A stretch of 55,950 nt of DNA, taken from NCBI GenBank assembly GCA_046331705.1, contig JAXLQJ010000049.1, positions 1 to 55,950 on the forward strand, in the 5' to 3' direction. The translations under genes were made by a program, and so were the position numbers. Positions 39,031-48,918 of the stretch are shown one piece after another; the first letter of the stretch is position 1; every line of letters begins with the position of its first letter. The DNA is from a bacterium. GTDB lineage: Bacteria > JADJOY01. Under the pieces are notes generated by a model. It was not told the origin of the DNA and made no database searches. It saw only the letters and a list, made by a program, of their open reading frames with translations.

Positions 39031-40419
39031 ATGACACGCAAGAGCGTCCTCTCGTTGCTCGGAGCCGCCGCGTTGCTCTCCATGTTGCTGGGTGCCTTCT
39101 CGCCGGCCGCGGCGCAGACCGGCACCGGAAATCCCACGGTAGATCAGAAGCTCCTCGAGATGTTGCGTGCCGACGGAAAGCTGAGTGACGAGCAGTACAT
39201 GCTGCTGCGTGCGCAAGCGGACGCGGAGGCCAAGGCGGCGAGCACCGCCGCCGCGACCATCTCCAAGGCCGACTGGTTGGATCGCTTCTCGCTCTTCGGG
39301 GATCTGCGCGTGCGCGGTGAGGCCTTCTTCCAAGACGACGTGACGACGCGCTATCGCGAGCGGTTTCGCGCCCGGATCGGCGTCAAGGCCGCGGCAACGC
39401 CCGAGCTCGAGGCACAGTTGCGACTCGCCACCGGCGATCCCGGCGATCCGATCTCCGAGATGCAGACCATGAGCGAGCTCTTCACCCGCAAGCCGGTGAA
39501 CCTCGACCTCGCCTACTTGTCCGTGAAGCCGACGAAGTCGCTCGGGTGGGATCGCCCTTGGCTCACCGTGATGGGCGGCAAGCTCTCGAGCCCGCTGTGG
39601 AAGCCCCGCACCAACTTCGGCTCCGAAATCGTGTTCGACGAAGACCTCGCTCCCGAAGGATTCCAGCAGATCGTGAACCTGAGCGACTCGGCGGATGGAT
39701 GGTTGCGCAAGCTGGAAGTCCAGGCCTTCGAGTGGTCGGCCAAGGAAATTGCCACCAGCGGCGACTCCTGGATCTTCGGCGGCCAAGCGAGCACCAGCGT
39801 GGCCGTCGGCAGCGCGGTCGTCGTGAGCCTCGGCGTCGGTGATTACCATTTCTCGTCACCGGAGCGGATCGCTCAGGAGCTCAACTCGAACGGCAAGATC
39901 AACCTCACCAACTCGCTGGTGCTGAAGGACGGAACGGTCGTGAAGGGCGGCACACCCTTCAAGGCGCCCACCGACAAGCCCAATCCGGTCGCCGACTTCC
40001 TGTACGGCTTCAACGTGCTCAACCCCGCGATCGCGGTGGCCGTCGATACTGGTGCGGCGGCGTGGCCGGTGAGCGCGTACGCGGACTACGCGCACAACAC
40101 CGAGGCTTCCGACGGGAAGAGCAGCGCGATGGGTTTCGGCGTGGCCATGGGTCAGACGAAGAATGCGGGCGAGATCGCAGCAGGGGTGGGCTGGCAACGG
40201 ATCGAGACGAATGCGGTGGTCTCGTCGTTCGCCGGTAGCGACTTCGGCAAGAATGGCGGCACCAACGTCGAAGGTCCGGTGGTGAAGCTCGATTGGATGC
40301 CGCTCGCACGCCTCGTCCTCACCGGTCGCAGCTTCTTCGTGAAGCAAATCGAGATCGCGAAGGGCAAACCCAACGCCACCGTCACCCGACTTCAGCTCGA
40401 CGCGAACTACACCTTCTGA
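39031..40419 (+). CDS. putative outer-membrane porin (Porin_5-like)
   Basis: Signal peptide; short helical N-domain; GDLRVRGE...R.R.RARIG, RLATG...PIS, FDEDLAPEG; terminal RLQLDANYTF. Confidence 0.8.
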   Translation: MTRKSVLSLLGAAALLSMLLGAFSPAAAQTGTGNPTVDQKLLEMLRADGKLSDEQYMLLRAQADAEAKAASTAAATISKADWLDRFSLFGDLRVRGEAFFQDDVTTRYRERFRARIGVKAAATPELEAQLRLATGDPGDPISEMQTMSELFTRKPVNLDLAYLSVKPTKSLGWDRPWLTVMGGKLSSPLWKPRTNFGSEIVFDEDLAPEGFQQIVNLSDSADGWLRKLEVQAFEWSAKEIATSGDSWIFGGQASTSVAVGSAVVVSLGVGDYHFSSPERIAQELNSNGKINLTNSLVLKDGTVVKGGTPFKAPTDKPNPVADFLYGFNVLNPAIAVAVDTGAAAWPVSAYADYAHNTEASDGKSSAMGFGVAMGQTKNAGEIAAGVGWQRIETNAVVSSFAGSDFGKNGGTNVEGPVVKLDWMPLARLVLTGRSFFVKQIEIAKGKPNATVTRLQLDANYTF

Positions 40420-40443
40420 CCGCGCCGTGACCGTGATGCGTCG

Positions 40444-41115
40444 ATGAGCCCCGTTGCGCTTTCACTCTCGGTGGGGCTCGTGGCGACGCTGGCGAGCCTG
40501 CCGCCGGGCGTCGCGTGCGCGTGGTTTCTCGAGCGCAGCCGTAGCTGCTGGCGCGGGCTCGTGCAGACCGTGGTGATGTTGCCGCTGGTGCTGCCGCCGG
40601 TGGTGACGGGTTATCTGCTCTTGTTGCTCTTCTCGCGGCGCGGAGCGCTGGGGCGGGGGCTCGAGGCGATCGGCCTGCCCGTGGCCTTTCACTGGCTGGG
40701 TGCGGTCGTGGCTTCGGCGGTGGTGGGTTTTCCGTTGCTGGTGATGAGTGTGACCCTCGCGATGAAGGGGATCGATCCACGGCTCGAGACGATCTCGCGC
40801 TCGCTCGGTCGCTCGCGCTGGCAAACGTTCTGGCGAGTCACGCTGCCGCTCACGTGGCCTGGCATTCTCTCGGGCGCGGCGCTCGCCTTCGGACGCGGGC
40901 TCGGCGAGTTCGGCGCCACGATCGTGCTCGCGGGCCGCATCCCGGGACGGACCGAGACGATCCCGCTCGCGATCTACGCACGCCTCGACGCACCGGGGGG
41001 CGAGGCGCACGTGATCGGCCTGCTCGTGGCCTCGCTCGCGCTCTGTATCGGATGCGTGATCGTGGCGCGGCGCCTGGACGCGGCGCATCGCCGCCGTCTC
41101 GAGCTCTCGCGATGA
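40444..41115 (+). CDS. modB: molybdate ABC transporter permease
   Basis: LPLVLPPVVTGY.LL, F.R.LGEFGAT, IPGRT.TIPLAIY. Confidence 0.95.
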   Translation: MSPVALSLSVGLVATLASLPPGVACAWFLERSRSCWRGLVQTVVMLPLVLPPVVTGYLLLLLFSRRGALGRGLEAIGLPVAFHWLGAVVASAVVGFPLLVMSVTLAMKGIDPRLETISRSLGRSRWQTFWRVTLPLTWPGILSGAALAFGRGLGEFGATIVLAGRIPGRTETIPLAIYARLDAPGGEAHVIGLLVASLALCIGCVIVARRLDAAHRRRLELSR

Positions 41116-42104
41116 AGCTCGACGTCGCGGCGCGAATCGCGCGGGCCACGGGCTTTGCGGTGGACGTGCGCTTCGCGTGCGATGCGGCGGTGCTCGGGCT
41201 GGTCGGGCCGAGCGGCAGCGGCAAGACCACGCTCCTCGACGCGATCGCGGGAATCGAGCCCGGTGCGCGCGTGGTGGTCGACGGCGAGGACTGGTCTCGC
41301 GTGCCGCTGGAAGCGCGGCGTGTGGGCTACGTGACCCAGGACGCGCTGCTCTTCCCGCATCTCGACGTGCGTCGGAACCTCACCTTCAGCCCCCGCGCGG
41401 GCCCCATCGATGCCGTGGTGGAGGCGCTCGGGCTGCGTTCGCTGCTCGACCGGATGCCACGCCATCTGAGCGGTGGCGAGCGACGCCGCGTGGCGCTGGC
41501 GCGCGCGCTGGTGAGCCAGCCACGACTGCTGTTGCTCGACGAGCCCTTCGGCGGTCTGGACGAGGCGAGCCGCCGCGACGCGATCTCGCTGCTCGACACC
41601 GTGCGCCGCCGCTTCGGCGTGCCCGCCGTGCTGGTGAGCCACCTCGCCGACGAGGTCATCGGGCTCACCGATTGGGTGGTGCGGCTCGACGCCGGACGGC
41701 TGGTGGCCGAGGGCGCCGGGCCTACGGTGCTGCGCGCCGGCGAGACGCACGTGGACAACTACTTCACGGCCGAGGTGACCGCGCCGGATCGTGTGCGAGC
41801 GGGTGCGGTCGCGCTGGCGGCGCCGATCCCCGCGCACGCCACCGGCAGCGTGCGGCTCGCGTGCTACGCCCACGACGTGCTGTTGGCGTCGGATTTCGTC
41901 CCTGGGCTCTCGGCGCGAAATGCCTTTCGCACCACGGTGACGCGCGTCGAGCGCAACGGCTCGCTGGCGCTCGTGACGCTCGCCGCGCCGCCGCTGCGCG
42001 CGCTGGTCACCGAGGAAGCGGTGTTCGTGCTGGGCTTGGTCGAGGGCGCCGAGGTCGTGGCGATCGTGAAGGCCACGTCGATCGCCTACCTCGGCCCGGC
42101 GTGA
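41112..42104 (+). CDS. modC: molybdate ABC transporter ATPase with TOBE domain
   Basis: GPSGSGKTT, LSGGE, LLLDEP, LSARN, IVKA; ATGA overlap with modB. Confidence 0.93.
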   Translation: MKLDVAARIARATGFAVDVRFACDAAVLGLVGPSGSGKTTLLDAIAGIEPGARVVVDGEDWSRVPLEARRVGYVTQDALLFPHLDVRRNLTFSPRAGPIDAVVEALGLRSLLDRMPRHLSGGERRRVALARALVSQPRLLLLDEPFGGLDEASRRDAISLLDTVRRRFGVPAVLVSHLADEVIGLTDWVVRLDAGRLVAEGAGPTVLRAGETHVDNYFTAEVTAPDRVRAGAVALAAPIPAHATGSVRLACYAHDVLLASDFVPGLSARNAFRTTVTRVERNGSLALVTLAAPPLRALVTEEAVFVLGLVEGAEVVAIVKATSIAYLGPA

Positions 42105-42170
42105 GCGTCGGATCGGGCGCGACGGAGACGGGCGGCTGGTCCTCGGCGCGTCTGGGGTGCGAAGCGCCGG

Positions 42171-43163
42171 TCAGCGGTGCTGGTTCGAGAGCGGCTCGAA
42201 GCGCTGCTCCTCGGCGGAGGGCGTCTTGCTCGCGTCGTCGAAGTCCCACGTGTAGGCGATCGACACGAACGTGTTCACGAGCGGCGAGGCTTCGGTCAGG
42301 CCGAAGAGCGTTGCGACCGCGAGGTGAAGCTCGTCCGTGATGCGCCACTGAACGCTCGGCCCGAGTGTCGCGACCACCTCCCACTCGTCTTCTTCCTCGC
42401 CAGGCTCCTCAGCCGCATCCGACTGGGCGGCGCGAGCGTCCTTCGACTCCTCGTCTTCCGCTTCTTCCTCGGCGCCGATGGTGAGCTCGGCACCCACGCT
42501 CAAGCGCTGGTCGAGGAACGAGTAGCCGAGCGCTTGGCTACCCACGATCTCGCGCTCGCGGTCGCCGCCGGTCTGCTGCTCGAACGCGAAGTTGAGCCCC
42601 CAATGCCAGCGCGGCGCAAGCTCCGCTCCGAGCAAGAGCTTCGCCTCGAGCTCGTCGGGCTCGTGGACGCCGAACGTGTACTCGAAGAGCACGGCTGGGT
42701 TGAGCGGGATCGTGCCCCAGTCGGCGAGCGCCACGCTGCCTTCGATCGAGTGGCCGACGACCTCGAAACCATCTTCTTCGGTCGATTCCTCACGCAGCAC
42801 GTAGTCGATCTGGCTATGCCAGGGCAGGCCGAGCTCGAACTCCTGACGCACCGCGTGGGTCGCGTCACCCTCGTCGGGGACGCTGGCGTCCCAACCGAGC
42901 TCGGTCGAGAATTCCCACGGCGCCAGCACGTAAATCTCGACGTCGGAGAACCGGTGATGCTTGGTCCACTCGGGCTGCTGGTTGGCCCCCACGCGTACTT
43001 CCTCGTCGAGAGGCGTCGCCGTGACCGTGTGAAGCTCGGTGGCCGTCGGCGGCGGCGCCGGGGCGTCGGCGGCGTGGCTGCGCACCGCCAGCGCGAGGCC
43101 CGCGAGCGCGACGAAGCCGCTCGCGAGGCGGCGAATGAATCGAAACGATGTAGGGCTTCGCAT
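42171..43163 (-). CDS. secreted hypothetical protein, probable beta-barrel
   Basis: Signal peptide; alternating beta-strand patterns (QEFELGL, ELEAKLLLG, LGPSVQW); acidic insertion. Confidence 0.65.
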   Translation of the reverse strand: MRSPTSFRFIRRLASGFVALAGLALAVRSHAADAPAPPPTATELHTVTATPLDEEVRVGANQQPEWTKHHRFSDVEIYVLAPWEFSTELGWDASVPDEGDATHAVRQEFELGLPWHSQIDYVLREESTEEDGFEVVGHSIEGSVALADWGTIPLNPAVLFEYTFGVHEPDELEAKLLLGAELAPRWHWGLNFAFEQQTGGDREREIVGSQALGYSFLDQRLSVGAELTIGAEEEAEDEESKDARAAQSDAAEEPGEEEDEWEVVATLGPSVQWRITDELHLAVATLFGLTEASPLVNTFVSIAYTWDFDDASKTPSAEEQRFEPLSNQHR

Positions 43164-43269
43164 GATGGGGCGTGCATGTAGCCGAACGCTCGGACGACGG
43201 GCAAGCCTCGGTCAGTCGCGCCAGTCGAGCGCGCTTCGTCGATTCCGGCCTCTCGAGGCCGCGGCCGCG

Positions 43270-44496
43270 TCAGCGCGCTGGCGCCGCCGCGGAGGCCTGT
43301 AGCCAGCCGCGCCGTTCGAGCTCGCTCGCCACGACCTCGGCCACCAATCCGTTGCCGAACCGATTGAAGTGCTCACCGGTTGGCGAAAGGCAGAGCCGAT
43401 CGTGAAGCAGCCTTCGTTCGCGAAGGATCGGAAAGAGATCGACGGTGTCGATTCCCGCCCGCGCGAGCGGCGCGGGCAGCCATTCGGGGTCGATGCCGCC
43501 GCGATACGTGTCCTCGGTGAGCGCGTAGGTGCTCGGGCTGACCAGCACGAGAGTGCGGGCGCCGAGAGCCGCGGCCCGCTCGACGACGCGCTGGACCAAG
43601 GCCACCGAGATCTCGGTGGCGTTCACGCGCGCGGGCGGGATCTCGCCGGGTGGATGCGCACCGAGCTTCTCGAGGCGCGCCAGACCCAGTCGGTCGAGCG
43701 CGCTCGCCAGCTCGAAGCTCGCCTGTGCGCGCGCCAGCACGATGCGCCCCAGCCCCGAGCGGTCCCAGCGCCCCAGTGGATCGATGCGGTAATAGCTCCC
43801 ACCGACGTGGAGCATCCGCGCCACGGGCGCCGCCGGCCGTTCGACGCTCGGCGGCGCGCCCCCGGTCTCGCTCGCGAGCACGGCGCGATAATCCGGCTTG
43901 GCGTAGCCGTATTCGAAGCCGACGAGGTTGTTGCGCCAGTCGTTCCGGTAATAGAAGAGCACGACGATGTCCGGCTGGATCGCCGCGCCGATGCGGTCGA
44001 GCAGCAAGAGCTCCTGCACCGTGCCGTAGCCGGAGACTCCCCCGTTCACCACTTCGATGCGTTGCTCGGGGTGCGCGGCGCGAAGCCGTTCTTCGAGCTG
44101 ACTCGGATAGGTGGCATCGGCCGGCGCGCCCCAGCCCCAGGTGAAGGAATCTCCGAGCGCCAAGATGCGGAGCGTGCCCGAAGGCTTGGGTTCGACGATC
44201 TCCCGACCGCGCAGGCCGATCCGGTTGATCGCCACGACCTCGCCGTGGCAACGCTCGACGGATCGTTCGACGTTGCGCCAACCGAGCACCGGGTCGTAAG
44301 CGAGCCGGCATTCGGTGCCGCTGATCCGAAGCAGCGTCCGGTCGAGCGGCACGCCCACGGCGATCGCGACGCGTGCGCAGAGCTCGCTGACGAGCAACGC
44401 GACGCAACCCGCGAGCGCCATCGCCAGAAGCCCCATGGCGGCGCGCCGTGGGCCCCCGCCGCGTGTGGTCGCCCCACGCGTGTCGTCTCGCTGCAT
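43270..44496 (-). CDS. SGNH/GDSL hydrolase family protein, membrane anchored
   Basis: N-terminal TM; LGDSFTWG, NGGVSGYGT, YRND, EHFN; start may be the downstream Met. Confidence 0.85.
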   Translation of the reverse strand: MQRDDTRGATTRGGGPRRAAMGLLAMALAGCVALLVSELCARVAIAVGVPLDRTLLRISGTECRLAYDPVLGWRNVERSVERCHGEVVAINRIGLRGREIVEPKPSGTLRILALGDSFTWGWGAPADATYPSQLEERLRAAHPEQRIEVVNGGVSGYGTVQELLLLDRIGAAIQPDIVVLFYYRNDWRNNLVGFEYGYAKPDYRAVLASETGGAPPSVERPAAPVARMLHVGGSYYRIDPLGRWDRSGLGRIVLARAQASFELASALDRLGLARLEKLGAHPPGEIPPARVNATEISVALVQRVVERAAALGARTLVLVSPSTYALTEDTYRGGIDPEWLPAPLARAGIDTVDLFPILRERRLLHDRLCLSPTGEHFNRFGNGLVAEVVASELERRGWLQASAAAPAR

Positions 44497-44626
44497 GACG
44501 GCGCGGGATTGTGGCGAGTCGGCGAACCTGCCTCAAGCGGCTTGCGACGCGCAAAGCCGCGAGGCCCGAGCGCGGCAAACGCCCAGTGGCGGTCGCCGTT
44601 CCGACGGGTCGCGAGTCTCGAGGGCT

Positions 44627-46099
44627 TCAGCGCGCCGAGGTCTGCGTGACGGATCCCGTCGGATACGACCAGCGCAGACGCCCGTCGCCATCGAGCGCCA
44701 CGGCAGCCCAGCCCGGCGTGCCGTCGGCCAAGGCAAGGCTTCCCACCGAGTAGACGGTGTCGTCGGGTGCGACCAGCACCCGTGCAGCGTGGTCGCCGTC
44801 GAGCGAGTCATCGCCGGTGCGCTCGACGGTGGCCGTCCAGCGCGGTTGCCCGTCGGCATCGGTGCGATGAACGACCAGATCCTTTCCGGCCCCGCGCGAC
44901 GAGAGCGATCCCGCCACCAGCGACTCGCCGTCCGCGGCCACCGCCACGTCGGCGACGTCCTCGCCGCTTTGCGAGAGGCCGTGGATCTCGAGGCTCGCGA
45001 GCAGCGTGCCGGCGCCGTCGAACCGTTGAATCGAGGCCTCGGGGATCACGGTGCCATCTCCCGCGCGCTCCACCGTGCCGCCGATCCACACTCCGTCATT
45101 GGCCACGGCGAGCGCGGTGCCGCGGTCGAGGCTCGCGAACGTCTCCGTCGGAACCGATCCCGAGCGGCGGGTCCAGCGACGGCGTCCGTCGGCGGCGTAG
45201 CGCACCACTTGGATGTTCGAGCCCTCGCCCGCCTCCATCGTGTCGCCGACCACGAACAGGTCGCCGGTCGCGTCGAAGCGGAGCTTGCGCGCCACGTCGA
45301 AGTCGCCGCCGCCCGCGCTTCCCGTCTCACCCGAGCCGTCGGCCAGGTCGCTCCAAAGTGGCGTTCCGTCCGCGCTCCACGTGCCCACGAACCAATCGAC
45401 GCTCGACGATGCGGTGGCGGCGGCGCCGGCCACCGCGACACGGCCATCGGCGCTCGCGTCGACGGCGAAGGCCGTGGTCGACTCGAGGGGATCGGCGGCG
45501 CGCGCCGCCAGATCCACCCACGCGACCTCGCCCGAGCGCACGTCGAGACGCGCCACCAGGACACCGCGCTCGGCGTCTCCCGGTTCACCGTCGACGCGCG
45601 GCACGTCGCGCGCCGATCCCGCGACGTACGCGGCGTCGCCGTCGACGGCGACCGCCACGACCTCGTGCGAATCGCCGGGGCGGACCAGCGTTTGCCAGAG
45701 CCGCTCACCGCTCGGCGCGAATGCCGCGACCACCCCCTGGGTGACGTCGTCGTCCCCCTCGATGCGGCCGGCGGCCACGATCACGTCGTCGGCCGTGACG
45801 GCCACCGCGTTCGCGTCGCCGCGACTCTCGACGCGGCCACTCGACCGCACCGGAGCGAATCCCGAGCTGAAGCGAGGTGCGCCATCGGCGTCGAGCAGCA
45901 CCACCAGCGAGCGCTGGCTCGCGTCGAGACCGCTGAAGCCCACCGCCGCGAGCGACCCGTCGGAGAGCCGTGCCGCATCGTGGAAGCCACCGACCTCGGT
46001 GGGTGGACCGACGGTGTGCGAGCGATCGTCGCTCCCGCAACCCGCGACCACCGATGCGGCGACGACGAGCACGACGATTCGCGAAGCGCGCGCGCTCAT
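44627..46099 (-). CDS. beta-propeller repeat lipoprotein
   Basis: Lipobox VVAGC; repeats of VA.D.D..YVAG...D..V..Y..DG...W. Confidence 0.75.
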   Translation of the reverse strand: MSARASRIVVLVVAASVVAGCGSDDRSHTVGPPTEVGGFHDAARLSDGSLAAVGFSGLDASQRSLVVLLDADGAPRFSSGFAPVRSSGRVESRGDANAVAVTADDVIVAAGRIEGDDDVTQGVVAAFAPSGERLWQTLVRPGDSHEVVAVAVDGDAAYVAGSARDVPRVDGEPGDAERGVLVARLDVRSGEVAWVDLAARAADPLESTTAFAVDASADGRVAVAGAAATASSSVDWFVGTWSADGTPLWSDLADGSGETGSAGGGDFDVARKLRFDATGDLFVVGDTMEAGEGSNIQVVRYAADGRRRWTRRSGSVPTETFASLDRGTALAVANDGVWIGGTVERAGDGTVIPEASIQRFDGAGTLLASLEIHGLSQSGEDVADVAVAADGESLVAGSLSSRGAGKDLVVHRTDADGQPRWTATVERTGDDSLDGDHAARVLVAPDDTVYSVGSLALADGTPGWAAVALDGDGRLRWSYPTGSVTQTSAR

Positions 46100-47172
46100 G
46101 GCGCCTCCGTGCTGTTCGCGCCGAGCCACTGGAACATGGTCGGGAGCTGTGGGTTGGCGTAGATCAGGTGCGCCGACATCGGGCACGAACGCTGTTGGAC
46201 CGCCGACTGCTGGCTGCACGAGGTCTGCCGCTGGGTGTGCGTGGTGTCGGTGATGACGTCGCTCAGGGCGCTCTTCGGCCAGCCCTGCTTCGAGAGCGCC
46301 GCGAACCAGTCCTCGACGTTGCTGCAGAGCTCGATCGGGTCGCAGCTCGAGTGCACCACCATCACCGGTGGCTTGCGATCCACGGTGGGATAGGGCGTGG
46401 GACAAGGGTCGCGCGAGAACGGATCGGCGCCGGCGAAGGTCGCCACCGCCGCGAACTGATCGGGAAACGAGAGTGCCAGGAAATGCGCGAGATAGACGCC
46501 GTCGGACCAGCCCATCAGGTACTCGCGGGTGGTGTCGACGTTCGCGTAGCTCGCCGGCAGCGTCTGCGGCGCGAGATTCTCGTCGAGGGTCTGTCCCGCC
46601 GTGAGCTGGGAGATGAACGTCTGCACGGCTCGCACGTCGAGGTTCTTCTCGGCGTCCTTGTACCAGACGTCGAAACGCACGCCGTTGCCCGAGGACGTGG
46701 GCGGGGCGGTGAGGCAGCGGCCCTGGGGCATCAACAAGACGTAGCCCGCGGTCTTCCCCGCGAGCTTGGTCGAGGGCGCGTCGGCGAGGAGGTTGGTGCC
46801 CGGCGCGCCGCCATCCTGACCGCCGAACTCCTCGTCCACGGTGTTGATCCGCGACGGGTGCAAGAACACCACCAGCGGTAGCGGCTTCGTGCTCTCGGGC
46901 GCGAAGGCGCAGGCGTAGCGCACCAGCCCGTTGGGGTCTTGCGGGTCCTTCCAGTGCAGCGTGATCCCGCCGGTGCAGGCTGGGGCGACGATCTGATCGG
47001 GGCAGCTGGTGTTGGCGGGGTAGAACTGCTGGCCCTTCGGCCCGAGGATGACGTCCTGGGGCGGGCTGCCAGTCTTGGGATCACAGTCCTGGGCGTGGGC
47101 GGCGCTCGCGAGGGCGGCCGTGACGACCACCGCGAGGAACGACGCAACGATCGCTGCGCGCGTGCTTTTCAT
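46096..47172 (-). CDS. secreted alpha/beta-hydrolase (PHB depolymerase/LpqC-like esterase)
   Basis: Signal peptide; PLVVFLH, GWSDG nucleophile, H.SCDP, distal His; stop overlaps the next ATG. Confidence 0.8.
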   Translation of the reverse strand: MKSTRAAIVASFLAVVVTAALASAAHAQDCDPKTGSPPQDVILGPKGQQFYPANTSCPDQIVAPACTGGITLHWKDPQDPNGLVRYACAFAPESTKPLPLVVFLHPSRINTVDEEFGGQDGGAPGTNLLADAPSTKLAGKTAGYVLLMPQGRCLTAPPTSSGNGVRFDVWYKDAEKNLDVRAVQTFISQLTAGQTLDENLAPQTLPASYANVDTTREYLMGWSDGVYLAHFLALSFPDQFAAVATFAGADPFSRDPCPTPYPTVDRKPPVMVVHSSCDPIELCSNVEDWFAALSKQGWPKSALSDVITDTTHTQRQTSCSQQSAVQQRSCPMSAHLIYANPQLPTMFQWLGANSTEAP

Positions 47173-47287
47173 TCGTTGTCCTCGGACGAGCGTGGCGGAC
47201 GACCCGTGCTCGCGTTCATCGGCGTTTCGCGCGCCGGACTTGAGGAGGGCGACGCGCGATCCTCTCGCGCCGGCCGGGTCCTGGACC

Positions 47288-48508
47288 TCAGCCGGCGCCG
47301 TGATCGAACGCCACCTTGATGGCACCGGTGCGCTTGTCGAGGGTCGTCTCGATCGCTTCGCGCCAGCGCGCCAGCGGGAAGCGGTGGGTCACGAGGCCTT
47401 CCACCGTGAGCGCGTTGCGGCCGAGCTGCTCGATCACGACGTCGTAGGTGCGGGTTCGTCCGCCGTGCCAGTCCTCGCCCCCGTGCGCGTAGATGCCCGT
47501 GAGATCGATCTCCTGGTGCCAGATCGGATTGAGGTCGAGCTTCTGGCGCTCGAGCTCGAAGCCCACCATCACCACCGATCCGCCGGCGCGCGTCCAGCGC
47601 AGCGAATCCTGCAAGGTCCGTGCGGAGCCGATCGAGTCGTAGACCACGTCGAAGCCGCCGAGCAACGTGCGGTTGCCGAAGAGACCGGTGTAGAGCTTGG
47701 CGCCGGTGATGCGTTCGGTGGCGAGGTAGACGTCCTCGCCGCGGATGACCTCGTCGGCGCCGAGCCGCTTCGCCGCTTCCGCCTGGTGCGGGTGACGCGC
47801 GACGGCGCTCAGATGGCACTCTGGCGCCACGGCGCGCACGCACTGGAGCACGCTGAGCCCCACGATGCCGCTGCCGACGACCAGTGCTCGCTGACCCTTC
47901 TTCGGCGTGCGCTTGAGCGCCGCGTGCATGCCCGTCGAGAGCGGCTCGACCATCATCGCCTGATCGGCGGAGAGCGATTCGGGAACGGCGTAGATCTCGG
48001 TCTCGTGCGCCGTGTACGAGTCGCTGAAGCCGCCGCCCACCCCGCGTGGGCCGATGCCCGCCGAGGCGTTCTCGCAGCGCGTGAAGTTCTGCGCGGCACA
48101 GTGGTCGCAGATCGGCGTGATCTCCTGGCTCAGGCACGTGGCGCCCTGGAAGCGCGTGTCCATCACCACCCGGTCGCCGAGCTTCACGCGCGTCACGGCG
48201 GAGCCGATCTCGACCACCTCGCCCACCGTCTCGTGGCCCAGGTAGATGCGCTGATAGCCGGGTAGCGCCACCGGCGAGACGTCGGGATCGGCCTCGACGA
48301 AGAGCAAGCTCACGTCGCTGGCGCAGATCCCGCAGAGCCGATTGCGCACCCGCACCCAGCGCGAGCCCGGCAGCGCCGGCTCCGGGATCTCGGCGAACTT
48401 CGAAGGCGAGATCGCGCTGAACGCGACGTTGCGCCACACCGGCCGAAGCGCCTTCACCACCAGCGCTCGCGGAATGTCCTTGTCGACGTAGATCGTGCGC
48501 ATGGTCAA
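47288..48508 (-). CDS. zinc-binding alcohol dehydrogenase (MDR family)
   Basis: GICASD, GHE.VG, Cys cluster, EPL, GSGIVG. Confidence 0.9.
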   Translation of the reverse strand: MTMRTIYVDKDIPRALVVKALRPVWRNVAFSAISPSKFAEIPEPALPGSRWVRVRNRLCGICASDVSLLFVEADPDVSPVALPGYQRIYLGHETVGEVVEIGSAVTRVKLGDRVVMDTRFQGATCLSQEITPICDHCAAQNFTRCENASAGIGPRGVGGGFSDSYTAHETEIYAVPESLSADQAMMVEPLSTGMHAALKRTPKKGQRALVVGSGIVGLSVLQCVRAVAPECHLSAVARHPHQAEAAKRLGADEVIRGEDVYLATERITGAKLYTGLFGNRTLLGGFDVVYDSIGSARTLQDSLRWTRAGGSVVMVGFELERQKLDLNPIWHQEIDLTGIYAHGGEDWHGGRTRTYDVVIEQLGRNALTVEGLVTHRFPLARWREAIETTLDKRTGAIKVAFDHGAG

Positions 48509-48918
48509 GGACTAACACACCGACCGTGGATCGTGTCGCTCGTCCGCGCGCAGGCACTGCTCACCGAAGTGGACAGCGCGGCGATCCAGGAAGCATCACT
48601 GCCCACCTTTGTCCGCACGCAGGCCGCGCCCGCGAGCGGCAACTGCTCGCCGCACGCCGTGAAATCAGGGCTCGGACGGCAAGGCGCCGTCGCCGAGGGC
48701 GTGGCCTCGTTCTTGCTCGACATCGGTGATGGATGCTGCGCGCCTCGGCGTGCAACGTCCATCACCGGAAGCGTCGCTTCGGTGGTGCATCCATGCGCGA
48801 TGGTCGACGCGCGAAACGGTCGCAGCGCTGGGATTTACCCCGATCGGCGACGCGAAGGCAGCGTGTCCGTGCAGCTCGCGTCGTCGGGCTGCGACGCGAT
48901 CAACGAGGAGGGGGAACC

